From: a bacterium
GTDB taxonomy: Bacteria; UBA8248
Reading direction: 5' to 3'
Assembly (NCBI GenBank): GCA_963692865.2
Contig: OY843592.1
Coordinates: 1,632,001 to 1,696,000, forward strand
DNA length: 64,000 bases
Of this stretch, positions 51,939-62,170 are shown piece by piece. The notes under the pieces are model-generated. The model was not told the DNA's origin. It saw only the letters and a program-made list of their open reading frames with translations, and did no database searches. A program made the position numbers and the translations under genes. Every line of letters begins with the position of its first letter. Within the stretch, counting starts at the first letter, position 1.

Positions 51939-52769
51939 ATGCCGGACTCCCAGGAAAGAATAGGTCTTGTCGCAGGTTCGGGCGGGTTGTCTGCCGAGTT
52001 CGTTTCCTGCGCGAAGAGACGAGGCAAGCGCGTGTCGGTGGTGGCTTTGTCCTCTGAAATCAAGGATTCGCTGTCGAGAGAGGCGGATTCCGTAGCCCAC
52101 ATCCCTCCCACCCAGCCGAACAGGATCATCCGGTATTTCAGCGACGAGCATGTCGGGGAAATCGGTCTCGTGGGAAAGGTGGAGAAAAGCCTCTTGTTCC
52201 AGTCCTTGCGCTTCGACCTGACGGCCCTGCGTTTCATGAAGAACGCCGAGAATATGGCCGATGCGACGATCATGGACGCCGTCATCGAGTTCGTGGAGGA
52301 AAACGGGATGAGGGTGGTGCCCCAGACGGAGTATCTCGAACATCTCGTTACCCCCCTCGGCGTGATGACGAAGAAGAGGTTGCGCCGGAATCAGCGCAAA
52401 GACGCGGCGTATGCGTTTCAGATAGCCCGAAGGGTTGCGGCGTTGGAGATAGGTCAGACCGTGGTGGTTCATAAGGGGACGGTGGTCGCCGTGGAGGGCG
52501 TGGAGGGTACGGACGAGGCGATTCGGAGAGGATGCGCCCTCGCGGGAAAAGGGTCCCTCGTGTGCAAGGTGGCCCGCCCCGGGCAGGATATGCGCTACGA
52601 CGTTCCCGCCGTGGGACCGGAGACCTTCCATGTAATGCGCGAAGGCGGCGCCTCGGCGTTGATCCTGGAGGCGGAGCGGACTTTTCTTCTCGATCGTGAG
52701 CGCCTGATACGGGAAGCCGATGCAACGGGCGCCGTCGTGGTCGGCTGGTCGGAAAATGAGCAGGCATGA
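51939..52769 (+). CDS. lpxI: UDP-2,3-diacylglucosamine diphosphatase LpxI
   Basis: IGLVAGSG, EIGQTVVV, AVEGVEGTD, QDMRYDVPAVG. Confidence 0.92.
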   Translation: MPDSQERIGLVAGSGGLSAEFVSCAKRRGKRVSVVALSSEIKDSLSREADSVAHIPPTQPNRIIRYFSDEHVGEIGLVGKVEKSLLFQSLRFDLTALRFMKNAENMADATIMDAVIEFVEENGMRVVPQTEYLEHLVTPLGVMTKKRLRRNQRKDAAYAFQIARRVAALEIGQTVVVHKGTVVAVEGVEGTDEAIRRGCALAGKGSLVCKVARPGQDMRYDVPAVGPETFHVMREGGASALILEAERTFLLDRERLIREADATGAVVVGWSENEQA

Positions 52770-53934
52770 GAGCCGCGCAAACGGCGTCATGGTGGTGGCC
52801 GGAGAGCCGTCCGGAGACGTTCACGCCGCGAATCTGGTGAAAGCGCTTCGCGCGGCAGTTCCCGACCTACGCCTGTTCGGGATGGGCGGGCGCATGATGG
52901 CCGAGGCGGGCGTCGACTTGATCCATGACATCGACGGCATCTCCATCGTCGGCTTCGCCGGGATTCCCCGCATCTACCCCAGGCTGAGAAAGATCAAGAA
53001 GGATTTGCTGGGGAACATCGCGGAGCAAAAGCCCAAAGCGGTGATTTTCGTCGATTATCCGGGGTTCAATCTTTCGTGCGCGCGCGCGGTGCGCAAGCTG
53101 CCGCAGCCGCCGAAATCCATATATTTCATCACGCCCCAGGTATGGGCCTGGTGGCGGGGCCGCGCCCGCGCCATCGCGGACGATTTCGATCTGGCCTTGA
53201 ACATATTTCCGTTCGAGCCTCCGATTTTCAACGACCTGGGCGGGAGATCGGTGTTCATCGGCAACCCCGTCGCCCATGAACTTCGCGAAGCGCCTTCCAA
53301 AGAAGCGGCCCGTCGCTCGCTGGGCATACCGATGGGCGACAAGGTGGTCGCGCTTCTCCCGGGCAGCCGGCCCAAGGAAATCGACTCTCACGTAGACGCC
53401 ATGCTGGGTGCGGCCAGGATAATTCAGGCGGAAGCGCCGGGGCTGCGGGTTCTGGTTTCGGAGGCGGTTTCATTGCCCGAGGGATGCGTGGCGAACCGGT
53501 TGAAGCCGTCGGGAGTCGGAATGCGTCCCGTCCGGGGCGACACGGAAAAGGTGGTCCGCGCGGCCGACGCCGTAGTCGTGGCGAGCGGCACGGCGTCTCT
53601 GGAGGCGGCCCTTTTGGGTGTGCCGATGGTCGTTCTCTATGCCGGAGACGTGCTTTCATATACGCTGGTCAAGTATTTTTTGCTTCAGGTGGATTACGTC
53701 AGCCTGGTGAATTTGTTGTCCGGCTGCGAGGCGGTTCCCGAGTTGTGCCAGAAACGCGCGCGCGCGCGGCCCGTTGCGGACGCCTTGAGGGAAGTGCTCT
53801 TGGATGATGACGTGAGGGCGAGGCAAATCGGGGCTTTCGAGAGGATTAGAAACGCCCTGGACGGGGCGGACCCCTACGCCTGCGCCGCGGCGCATATAGC
53901 GTCGGAACTCGGCTCCGGGGCGCGGCATGGATGA
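52756..53934 (+). CDS. lpxB: Lipid-A-disaccharide synthase
   Basis: AGEPSGD, DYPGFN, PQVWAW, LLPGSR, ASGTASLE. Confidence 0.95.
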   Translation: MSRHESRANGVMVVAGEPSGDVHAANLVKALRAAVPDLRLFGMGGRMMAEAGVDLIHDIDGISIVGFAGIPRIYPRLRKIKKDLLGNIAEQKPKAVIFVDYPGFNLSCARAVRKLPQPPKSIYFITPQVWAWWRGRARAIADDFDLALNIFPFEPPIFNDLGGRSVFIGNPVAHELREAPSKEAARRSLGIPMGDKVVALLPGSRPKEIDSHVDAMLGAARIIQAEAPGLRVLVSEAVSLPEGCVANRLKPSGVGMRPVRGDTEKVVRAADAVVVASGTASLEAALLGVPMVVLYAGDVLSYTLVKYFLLQVDYVSLVNLLSGCEAVPELCQKRARARPVADALREVLLDDDVRARQIGAFERIRNALDGADPYACAAAHIASELGSGARHG

Positions 53935-54658
53935 GGGTTCCGTCGTTTACGATGAATGGGGGCGGAATCCCGCCGCGCCGCTTTCGGCGCGGCTGGGCGG
54001 CGTGGTCGTCGCGGGTTATTTGAAAGCGGTGTGCGCCACGTCGTCCCTGGTTTTGCCGAAAACGGAATCGAATGAAAAAATGATCTGCAGGCGAGGTGAA
54101 AAATTCATCTGGGCGTTCTGGCATCATCATCTGGGTATGGCATCCTTCTTTTCTCCGGAAGATCATCACCGCACGTGTATGGCGAGCAGGAGCCGGGACG
54201 GGGAACTGCTCGCCCAGGTGATGTCGCGGCTCGGCGTCCATTGCGTGAGAGGCTCTTCCTCTTCGGTGGACGGGGCGGACAAAGGCGGAGCCGCTGCGTT
54301 TCGGCAGATGGTCGGAGTGGCGAAAAAAGGGGAGCGCCAGCTCGTCATCACGCCCGACGGCCCGAAGGGCCCGCCGGAGAAAGTGAAAATGGGGGTCATA
54401 TCCCTGGCGAGCGTCACGGGGTATCCGATTTGCCCGGTCGCTTTCACGGCGACGCGCTTCCTCACCCTTCCCACGTGGGACAGGACGATTCTCCCCCTGC
54501 CTTTCGGGAGGCTCTCCGCTTGCTGCGGAGAGCCACTGGATGTCCCCCGCACCCGTGACAAGGGCGTGTTGGAAGAGATGCGCGCAGAGATCGAAAGGCG
54601 GCTCGTTCACGCCAATGAGGAGGCGCAATCCCACCTGAAGAACACGGCGGGGAAGTGA
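53927..54658 (+). CDS. DUF374 lysophospholipid acyltransferase family protein (LpxJ-like)
   Basis: FWH, SRSRDGE, VRGSS, TPDGPKGP, WDRTILPLPFG. Confidence 0.85.
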   Translation: MDEGSVVYDEWGRNPAAPLSARLGGVVVAGYLKAVCATSSLVLPKTESNEKMICRRGEKFIWAFWHHHLGMASFFSPEDHHRTCMASRSRDGELLAQVMSRLGVHCVRGSSSSVDGADKGGAAAFRQMVGVAKKGERQLVITPDGPKGPPEKVKMGVISLASVTGYPICPVAFTATRFLTLPTWDRTILPLPFGRLSACCGEPLDVPRTRDKGVLEEMRAEIERRLVHANEEAQSHLKNTAGK

Positions 54659-54665
54659 GCCCCTC

Positions 54666-55937
54666 ATGCTGTTTCTCTACAATGTGATTGTTCTCCTCAT
54701 CTCTCCCGCTTTGCTCGCGTATTTTCTGGTTCGCCTCTGGCTTCGGGGGTTCGACCTCCGGGCCGTCCGCGAGAGGTTCGGGTTTCCGCCCCGGTTGCCC
54801 GATGCGGCGGGGGCGCGCCTTTGGCTGCACGCCGTATCCGTGGGGGAGGTGGGCGTGGCCGCCGTCCTGGTGCCTGCGCTTTTGAGAAAGAAACCGGGGC
54901 TTCAAATCGTTCTTTCCACGGTGACGCAAACGGGAAGAGACGAGGCGGAAAAAATATCGGGAGTCGAGCAACTCGTTTACTTGCCGCTGGATTTTCCTTT
55001 GGTGGTCCGTTCCGCCCTGGAGCGCATCCGGCCTTCCATGATCGCGCTGATAGAGACGGAGGTTTGGCCGAATCTCGTGGTGGAGGCGGAGAGACGGAAC
55101 ATCCCCGTATCTATCGTCAACGGGCGGCTTTCCGAGCGTTCGTATCGGAAATACAGGCGCTTTCGGTTTTTCTTCCGTCATATCCTTGATTGTTTCAGGG
55201 ACGTGCTGGCACGCGGGGAAGGGGACGCCGAACGGTTTCTGGATTTGGGCGCAACTTCCGTGCGTGTTTTCGGGAACGTCAAATTCGACGCGCCCCCGCC
55301 GGTTCGGGAGCCTCCGCGTGGCGCATATGGCTTGAGCGCGTGTCGGCACGTCATCGTGGCCGGCAGTACGCACCCGGGAGAAGAGAAGTTGATTGGACAA
55401 GCGTTGTCGTCCATTCACCGGAAAATGCCCGGAGTCGGCCTCCTCCTCGCGCCGCGCCACCTGGAAAGAGTGGCTCGGGTGGAGGCGGACTTGAAGAACG
55501 CGGGCGTCTCTCCCGTGCGGTGGAGCCGTATCGGAAAGACGGACGCCGGGAACCGGGTCGTCATTCTGGACGTGATGGGAGAACTGGCCGCAGCGTATGG
55601 GTGTGCGACGATGGCGATCATCGGTGGAAGTTTCATTCCGCATGGCGGCCAGAACCCGATAGAGGCGGCGCGTTGGGCGGCGCCGTGCCTGTGCGGCCCC
55701 CATATGGAGAATTTCGCCGAGGTGACGCGCGAGATGGTGAGGCAAGGCGGCGCGATTCAACTGAGCGGGCGGGAAAATCTGGAGGCGGCCATCATGGAGT
55801 GGCTGAACGATCCGTCATCCCGGAAACGGGCCGGAGAGGCCGCCCGCCGCGTGGTGGAGAACAACCGGGGCGCTTCCGAGCGAACGGCGGAATACATCGT
55901 TCGGATTCTGGCGGGATCGGACGGATTGTCCGCATGA
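54666..55937 (+). CDS. waaA: Kdo transferase
   Basis: WLHAVSVGE, ETEVWPN, AGSTHPGEE, APRH, GGQNPIE. Confidence 0.95.
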   Translation: MLFLYNVIVLLISPALLAYFLVRLWLRGFDLRAVRERFGFPPRLPDAAGARLWLHAVSVGEVGVAAVLVPALLRKKPGLQIVLSTVTQTGRDEAEKISGVEQLVYLPLDFPLVVRSALERIRPSMIALIETEVWPNLVVEAERRNIPVSIVNGRLSERSYRKYRRFRFFFRHILDCFRDVLARGEGDAERFLDLGATSVRVFGNVKFDAPPPVREPPRGAYGLSACRHVIVAGSTHPGEEKLIGQALSSIHRKMPGVGLLLAPRHLERVARVEADLKNAGVSPVRWSRIGKTDAGNRVVILDVMGELAAAYGCATMAIIGGSFIPHGGQNPIEAARWAAPCLCGPHMENFAEVTREMVRQGGAIQLSGRENLEAAIMEWLNDPSSRKRAGEAARRVVENNRGASERTAEYIVRILAGSDGLSA

Positions 55938-57019
55938 GTCTTCGGCGCGGTGTTCTGATGGCCTGGGAGGGCAATCCCTCGTCCCCGGCTTGGTCTCGCG
56001 CGTTGGCGAGGGGTCTCGGCCCCCTGGGTGGTCTCTACGGTGCCGCCATGGCGCATCGGCGCCGGCGTTATGAATCCGGGAAAGCCCGCGCCGCGAAAAA
56101 TCCCGCGACCGTCGTTTCGGTCGGCAACCTCACGCTCGGGGGGACGGGTAAGACGCCCGCGGTCGCCTGGTTGGTGGAAAAACTGATCGCGCGGGGGAGG
56201 AAGCCCGCCGTGGTGAGCAGGGGCTATGGCGGAAGGCCCAGGGACGTGATGGTCGTGGGCGACGGAAAAGGGCGGTTGATGTCCGCGCCGCCGGCTGCGG
56301 ATGAGGCGGCGATGCTCGCCCGCCGCTATCCCGGTCTTCTCGTCTTGACGGGCGCGGACCGCTCTTTCGTCGCGGAAAAGGCGGTGGAGGAGTTCGGGGC
56401 GGATGTCGTCGTGCTCGACGATGGATTTCAACATCTGGGGCTTTCCCGGGATATGGACCTGGTGGTTTTGCGCGGGGATTGTCCTTTTGGAAACGGCGGG
56501 GTGATTCCCGCCGGCGTTCTCCGGGAGCCGGTTTCGGCCTTGACGCGCGCAGACGCCGTTTTGGTGACGGGGGAATTCACCGACCGGACGAGAAGGGAAA
56601 TTCAGCCTCTTGTGCCGGATATCCCCCTCTTCACCGGACGCCTCGAACCCGATTCGCTCCTGGATGCGCGGGGCGAGAAAACGGGTTCGCCGAATGAACT
56701 GAAAGGCGCCAGAGTCGTCGCCGTGAGCGGACTGGGGAATCCGCATGGTTTCGAAAAAATGCTCGAATCGCTGGATGTGGAGGTGCCGGCGCATCACGAA
56801 TATCCGGACCATGCGCATTACGCCCTGGCGGATGGCGTGCGGCTCGTTTCATCGCTGCGGAAAACGAAGGCCGACTTTATTCTCACTACGGAGAAGGATG
56901 CGGTGAAGCTGTCTCCTTTGTTGGGCGACGCGCCGCTTCGCGTCCTGCGCGTGACGATGAAAATCGCCGATGAGATGAATTTGGCCGCCTTGATCGAGAA
57001 GAAGGCGTTTCCATCTTGA
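55934..57019 (+). CDS. lpxK: Tetraacyldisaccharide 4'-kinase
   Basis: VGNLTLGGTGKTP, SRGYG, LDDGFQH, TTEKDAVK. Confidence 0.95.
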   Translation: MSLRRGVLMAWEGNPSSPAWSRALARGLGPLGGLYGAAMAHRRRRYESGKARAAKNPATVVSVGNLTLGGTGKTPAVAWLVEKLIARGRKPAVVSRGYGGRPRDVMVVGDGKGRLMSAPPAADEAAMLARRYPGLLVLTGADRSFVAEKAVEEFGADVVVLDDGFQHLGLSRDMDLVVLRGDCPFGNGGVIPAGVLREPVSALTRADAVLVTGEFTDRTRREIQPLVPDIPLFTGRLEPDSLLDARGEKTGSPNELKGARVVAVSGLGNPHGFEKMLESLDVEVPAHHEYPDHAHYALADGVRLVSSLRKTKADFILTTEKDAVKLSPLLGDAPLRVLRVTMKIADEMNLAALIEKKAFPS

Positions 57020-57028
57020 GCGGGCGCG

Positions 57029-58117
57029 CTATCCCCTGATGGAGGCGAGAAAATAAGCCCCCCCCGCCAGGAAAATGGCGTTGGGTCCCCAGGCCGCCAG
57101 GATGGGCGGCAGGCGTCCGGCGTGTCCGAACGAAAGGCTCGCATGGAAAAGAACAAGGTAGACGGCGCCGATTCCGATGGCGATGGCGACTCCCAGAGCG
57201 ACCCCTCCGCTTCTGCCGTTTCGAATGGAGAAGGGCGCGCCCGCCAGGGCCAAAACGAAACTGATGAAAGGAGCGGAAATTTTCGCCCACATGTCCACGA
57301 CGTAGCGGGTCGGGTCCACGCCGCTTTTGCTCAGGTTTTCGATGTAGCGGCCGAGTTCGTGATAATTCATCGTTTCCGGATTTCTGCCTGTTTTCCTGAA
57401 ATCTTCCGGCTTTTCCGCGAGCGCAAAGACTTTTTTCCGAAAAGTTTCCTGTTTGATTTTCCCCTCGCCCGCAAAGTCATGGATCACGCCTTTGTAGAAT
57501 TCCCAATGTTTTTCGGCGGGCGCCCAAACCGCCTCGGTCGCGTCGATGCGCCGCTTCAGGCGATTGCGCCGATCCGTCCGGTACAGGGTAACGCCTCTCA
57601 TTTTTTTTGAAGACGGGTCGTAGTGCGTGATCTGCCAGATGGTGTTGTTTTCCGAGCGGTACCAGATTTTGTCTTTCTGGGCGTGCGTTCGCAAGCCGGT
57701 TTTCTGGATGTTGACTCGCCGGATGTATTCTCCGCGCTTGTTCGTGAGTGGAACGACGTATTCATTGGCCAGGAAAGTAAGGAGGCTGATTCCCAGGCTG
57801 GAGAGCAGGATTGGCGCAATGATTCGGTAGAGACTCAATCCGCCGGCGCGCATGGCGACGACCTCGTTCGCTCTGGACAGGAGAATCAGCGTGAACGTGC
57901 TCGCCAGTAGTACGGTGAGCGGAACGGAGAGGAAAACGAGATGAGGGATTTTGTACAGGAAATACAAGGTTCCGTCGGCCAGGGTGGCGTTCTGTTCGAT
58001 AAAATCGTCAATTCGCTCGATAAACTCCGCTATGAGGAACAGCGTAATGGCTCCCGCCTGACAGAGACACACCATTCTCAGAAACTGTTTCAGGATGTAG
58101 TGGTTTAGTATGTTCAT
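57029..58117 (-). CDS. lptG: LPS export ABC permease LptG
   Basis: YjgP/YjgQ architecture, NEVVAMRAGG, LAAWGPN; follows lptF. Confidence 0.88.
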   Translation of the reverse strand: MNILNHYILKQFLRMVCLCQAGAITLFLIAEFIERIDDFIEQNATLADGTLYFLYKIPHLVFLSVPLTVLLASTFTLILLSRANEVVAMRAGGLSLYRIIAPILLSSLGISLLTFLANEYVVPLTNKRGEYIRRVNIQKTGLRTHAQKDKIWYRSENNTIWQITHYDPSSKKMRGVTLYRTDRRNRLKRRIDATEAVWAPAEKHWEFYKGVIHDFAGEGKIKQETFRKKVFALAEKPEDFRKTGRNPETMNYHELGRYIENLSKSGVDPTRYVVDMWAKISAPFISFVLALAGAPFSIRNGRSGGVALGVAIAIGIGAVYLVLFHASLSFGHAGRLPPILAAWGPNAIFLAGGAYFLASIRG

Positions 58118-58126
58118 GGCGAGAGT

Positions 58127-59344
58127 TTATGAGCCGCTACGGATGAATGAAGAGAAGGGTTGGAGGAGCAGGCTCCGAATGTCGACGGCGTTGCGCCTCC
58201 CCGCGGTTCGCGCCATATATCCCGCGAGGAGGGCCAGCAATACGTTCGGGCCCCAGACGGCGGCGGAAGCGCTGGTTTGCCCGCTTTCCGCCATGCCTTC
58301 GGCGAAGGTGACGAGGGCGTAATAGAGAATCAGAATGCCCAGGCTCAGGGCGAAGCCGCCGTGGCGTCCCGAGCGCCTGTTCTGTACGCCGAGGGACGCC
58401 CCCAGGAGCGCCAGGACGAGGCATGCGAAGGGCGCGGCGAACTTCTTGTGCAACTCCACGAGAATGGCGTTGTGCCTGCTTGTTCCCGGCTCGTGTTCTT
58501 TCAGTTTGTTTCTGAGTTCATGGAGTGGAAAAGCGCGCAGGCTTCTTCGGAGCGCCTTCGTTTTTCCGATGGTTTCCGTGAGGTCGAAATTGAGGTCGTA
58601 GCTTCCGAAGCGCGCGATTTGGTAATGGCCTCCGGGCGGGGTGGCGCCGTCATGCGGCCTCGCTTTCTTGTCGGGCGCCTTCTCGGGCTCGCCGGCCGTG
58701 TGGATTGTTCCTCCGACGAGACGCAGCCATACCTTTTGGGACGTGGGGGATTTGATCAACATCCCCCGGTCGGCGAAGATGACGCGGTTCTTCCCTGCCT
58801 CCCGGGTGTCTGAAATCATGATGCCTTTCATCACTTTGCCCGGCGCTTCGATTTCTCGCACGTAGAACATGATTCCGTCGAAACGGTCGTGAAAAACCCC
58901 CTCCCGGAGATCGAACGTGTCGACTCGGCTGCGGAGCATCCGTTGACGAAGCTCCAAGGTGGTGTCTTGGCTCCAGGGGAGACCGAACATCATCAGGAAT
59001 CCGCTCAGGAGCGCGGCTGCTGCTCCCACCAGTCCAACGGGGATCAGTTGAGAGTAGAAGGTCATGCCGGAGGCGGTCATCGCCAGGGATTCGCTGTCGC
59101 TCGACAGGCGGCTGAACGCCATGATGGAGGCAATGAGAGTGGACATGGGCAAGGTGACGAGGAGAAGAACCGGCAGGGCGGCGAAAAGAAATTGCGCCAC
59201 GATGGATAGCGGCACACCCCGGTTCACCACCAGGTCGGTGAATTGGAGCATTTTGTGGAGCAGGAGCACGAACGTGAGGAAAAACAAGGATATGAGGAGA
59301 TAGGACGCCAATTCACCCAGGATATATCGGTGCAATGTCTTCAA
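58127..59344 (-). CDS. lptF: LPS export ABC permease LptF
   Basis: LHRYIL, RLSSDSE, VELHKK, WGPN. Confidence 0.88.
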   Translation of the reverse strand: MKTLHRYILGELASYLLISLFFLTFVLLLHKMLQFTDLVVNRGVPLSIVAQFLFAALPVLLLVTLPMSTLIASIMAFSRLSSDSESLAMTASGMTFYSQLIPVGLVGAAAALLSGFLMMFGLPWSQDTTLELRQRMLRSRVDTFDLREGVFHDRFDGIMFYVREIEAPGKVMKGIMISDTREAGKNRVIFADRGMLIKSPTSQKVWLRLVGGTIHTAGEPEKAPDKKARPHDGATPPGGHYQIARFGSYDLNFDLTETIGKTKALRRSLRAFPLHELRNKLKEHEPGTSRHNAILVELHKKFAAPFACLVLALLGASLGVQNRRSGRHGGFALSLGILILYYALVTFAEGMAESGQTSASAAVWGPNVLLALLAGYMARTAGRRNAVDIRSLLLQPFSSFIRSGS

Positions 59345-59531
59345 GGGGAATCCTCTGGGAGGCGGCCGCGCGATGCTCTTCCATCACACTATATGAGCGG
59401 TCGCCGGATTGCAAAACGTGTTTTCAGGCTCGTTGACGCCCATGACGGCGGTTGATAGCGTTGGAAAAAGGGCGTTTCGTTGTTTTCCCCCACGTTCCGG
59501 CGTGAGGCGGCGCATCGGGGAGGAATCTGGT

Positions 59532-60584
59532 TTGAGCGGTGATGCCGGTGGGGGGAAGTTGCACCTTGTTGTGGCGCCCATGTGGATAGGCGACACGGCC
59601 ATGTCCGCTCCCTTTTTTTCATCGTTGAGGAAAGCGCATCCCGGAGCGAGGCTGATGGCGGCGGCGGGACCCTGGACCGCCGGTTTGCTCCGCAGTTTCC
59701 CGTGGGTCGATCGGGTCTTGTCGCTCGATGCGGGGAAATGGGGCGGTTTCTTTTCTTTGAAGAGAATGTTGAAGGGCGAGGCGGTGGATTGCGCGTGGAT
59801 TCTTCCCAACAGCTTTCGCGCGGCCCTCATGGCGAAGTGGATAGGAGCAAAGAGGCGAATTGGGTACGGGACGGATGGCCGGGGCTGGCTTTTGAGCGAC
59901 CGCGTGTCTCCGCCGCCGGATGTGCCTCACTTGGTGGATTACTATCTTTACCTTCTTGAAGCGCAGGGCCATGAAACCCGGGCGCGGGTTGATGATTTCT
60001 ACATCACGCCCGAGACGCAGGAGTTTGCGGAAAATTTGCTGAAAACGCATCGGGCGGGGGAAAATGCGCCTTTGGTGGGGATTCATCCCGGGGCTTTTTT
60101 CGGCGAATCCAAGACGTGGCCGCTGGAATACTTCGAAAAACTCATCCGCCGGCTCGTGGATCTTGAAGGGGCGCGGGTTTTCATATTCGGCGGGCCGGAT
60201 GAACTGGCGCTTACGGGGAAATTGGATATGATGTCCGGGGGGAGAGCGGTGAATTTGGCCGGCAAGGATACCCTGGAGACGCTGCCCGCCCTGCTGTCTC
60301 GTCTGGACGTATTCATATCCGGCGATACCGGCCCGCTCCACGTGGCGGCCCTCGCCGGGACAGCGACGATTGCGCTGTTCGGGCCCACGGACCATCGCCG
60401 AACGGCGCCGAGAGGTCTTTGGAATCGGACCATCCACAAGAATCTCGATTGCAGCCCGTGTTTCGCGAGAACGTGCCCTCTCCGTCATCATGACTGCATG
60501 AAGCGGATTACGCCCGAAGAGGTGGCGAGCGAAGCCGCCGGGTTGCTGAACAGGAAGCCGGGGGTCGGCAAGGATGGGAATTGA
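59532..60584 (+). CDS. waaF: LPS heptosyltransferase II (GT9)
   Basis: PMWIGD, LPNSFRAA, HPGAFFGESKTWP, DTGPLHVA, CSPCFARTCP; TTG start after GGAGG. Confidence 0.85.
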   Translation: MSGDAGGGKLHLVVAPMWIGDTAMSAPFFSSLRKAHPGARLMAAAGPWTAGLLRSFPWVDRVLSLDAGKWGGFFSLKRMLKGEAVDCAWILPNSFRAALMAKWIGAKRRIGYGTDGRGWLLSDRVSPPPDVPHLVDYYLYLLEAQGHETRARVDDFYITPETQEFAENLLKTHRAGENAPLVGIHPGAFFGESKTWPLEYFEKLIRRLVDLEGARVFIFGGPDELALTGKLDMMSGGRAVNLAGKDTLETLPALLSRLDVFISGDTGPLHVAALAGTATIALFGPTDHRRTAPRGLWNRTIHKNLDCSPCFARTCPLRHHDCMKRITPEEVASEAAGLLNRKPGVGKDGN

Positions 60585-61176
60585 GAAAGGCGCCGCGAAG
60601 AAGCGGGCGGTATTTTTCGACAGGGACGGGACCTTGAATCGCGACGTGGGCTACGTGACCCACCTCGACGTATACGAACTCCTTCCCAGGGCGGCGGCGG
60701 CCGTCCGGAAGGTGAACGAGGCGGGGTGGCTCGCCGTTTTGATCACGAACCAGGCCGGCGTGGCGCGGGGCTACTTTTCCGAATCCATGATCGAAAAGGT
60801 GCACCAAAAACTTCGCGGGGAACTCGCCGCCAAGGGCGCGCGGCTCGACGCCGTCTACTACTGCCCGCACGCCCCGAACGGGGACGCTCCCGATTATGCG
60901 ATTGACTGCAGGATGCGGAAACCCTATCCCGGCATGATCTTGAGGGCGGCGGCGGAGCACGCCATCGACTTGGGAAAATCCGTCATGCTGGGAGACAAGT
61001 ATTCCGACTTGGAAGCCGGTTGGCGGGCGGGTTGCAGGTCGGGCCTTTTGCTCACGGGCTATGGGCGGGGAGAAAGAGAGCTTCGCGGGGCGCAGTGGCC
61101 CCGGCGGCCTGATTTCGTGGCGGAAGACGCCTATCATGCGGTGGAGATCATTTTGAACGAGGGCGGGAATCGCTAG
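60574..61176 (+). CDS. gmhB: D-glycero-D-manno-heptose 1,7-bisphosphate phosphatase
   Basis: DRDGTLN, TNQAGVARG, YCPH...CRMRKP, GDKYSD. Confidence 0.92.
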   Translation: MGIEKGAAKKRAVFFDRDGTLNRDVGYVTHLDVYELLPRAAAAVRKVNEAGWLAVLITNQAGVARGYFSESMIEKVHQKLRGELAAKGARLDAVYYCPHAPNGDAPDYAIDCRMRKPYPGMILRAAAEHAIDLGKSVMLGDKYSDLEAGWRAGCRSGLLLTGYGRGERELRGAQWPRRPDFVAEDAYHAVEIILNEGGNR

Positions 61177-61177
61177 C

Positions 61178-62170
61178 ATGGGTTCGCATCTGCGGGAATA
61201 TGTCGAACGATTTGCGTCCGTCCATGTGGCGGTGCTCGGCGATTTCATCGCGGATGAATTCATCCACGGCGCCACTTCGCGCATCAGCCGGGAAGCGCCG
61301 GTTCTCGTTCTGGATTTCATTCGTCGCGAGATCGTTCCCGGCGGCGGCGGCAATGCGGCGATGAACGCGGCGGCCCTGGGCGGAAACGTACGGGCCGTCG
61401 GCGCTTTGGGAGCAGACGAAGCGGGCGAAGAACTCCGCCGCGCGATGGAGAGGCGCGGAATCGATACCGAACTTTTGTGGGGGGATTCCGGGCGCATCAC
61501 TCCCACGAAGACGCGCGTGATGGCGGGGGGCCGAAACACCAAGCGCCAGCAGGTGATCCGGGTGGACCGCGAAGAGAAACTGGCACTGACCGAGGAACTC
61601 GAATCCCGGATGATCCGCGAAACGGAACGAATGGCGAACGATAATTTGGATGCCCTTTTGATATCAGACTACGGCCTGGGCGTCGTGACGAAGGGCGTAA
61701 AAGAAGCGATTCGGAAACTGCCCGTCGAACTCGTCGTAACGGTGGACAGCCGCTATGCGGGAGATTCTTTTTCGGGGGTTACCGCCTTCACGCCCAACGA
61801 AGAAGAGGTGGAGGGGTTGCTCGGGTATTGGCCCGATGAGGAGCGTCTTGACGAAGCGGGAGCCGCGCTGCTTGAAAAAACGGGCGCCCGGGCGCTTCTG
61901 ATCACCAGGGGGGACAAGGGCATGAGCCTCTTCGAGGGGAATGCTTCGAGAACGGATATTCCTATCTACGGGTCGGATCAGGTGCTCGACGTAACCGGGG
62001 CGGGGGATACGGTGATCGCCGCGTTCACGCTCTCCCTGGCCGCGGGCGCGTCGATGCGCGAGGCGGCGGAGATCGCGAATCGCGCGGCGGGGCTGGCGGT
62101 GATGAAGGCGGGGACGACGGTGGTGGAGCCTCAGGAACTCCTGGCCGCGTTCGAGGGGGAGGGCGCGTGA
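61178..62170 (+). CDS. hldA: Heptose-7-phosphate kinase (HldA/RfaE1, stand-alone PfkB domain)
   Basis: SRISREAPV, SDYGLG, TPNEEE, DVTGAGDT. Confidence 0.88.
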   Translation: MGSHLREYVERFASVHVAVLGDFIADEFIHGATSRISREAPVLVLDFIRREIVPGGGGNAAMNAAALGGNVRAVGALGADEAGEELRRAMERRGIDTELLWGDSGRITPTKTRVMAGGRNTKRQQVIRVDREEKLALTEELESRMIRETERMANDNLDALLISDYGLGVVTKGVKEAIRKLPVELVVTVDSRYAGDSFSGVTAFTPNEEEVEGLLGYWPDEERLDEAGAALLEKTGARALLITRGDKGMSLFEGNASRTDIPIYGSDQVLDVTGAGDTVIAAFTLSLAAGASMREAAEIANRAAGLAVMKAGTTVVEPQELLAAFEGEGA

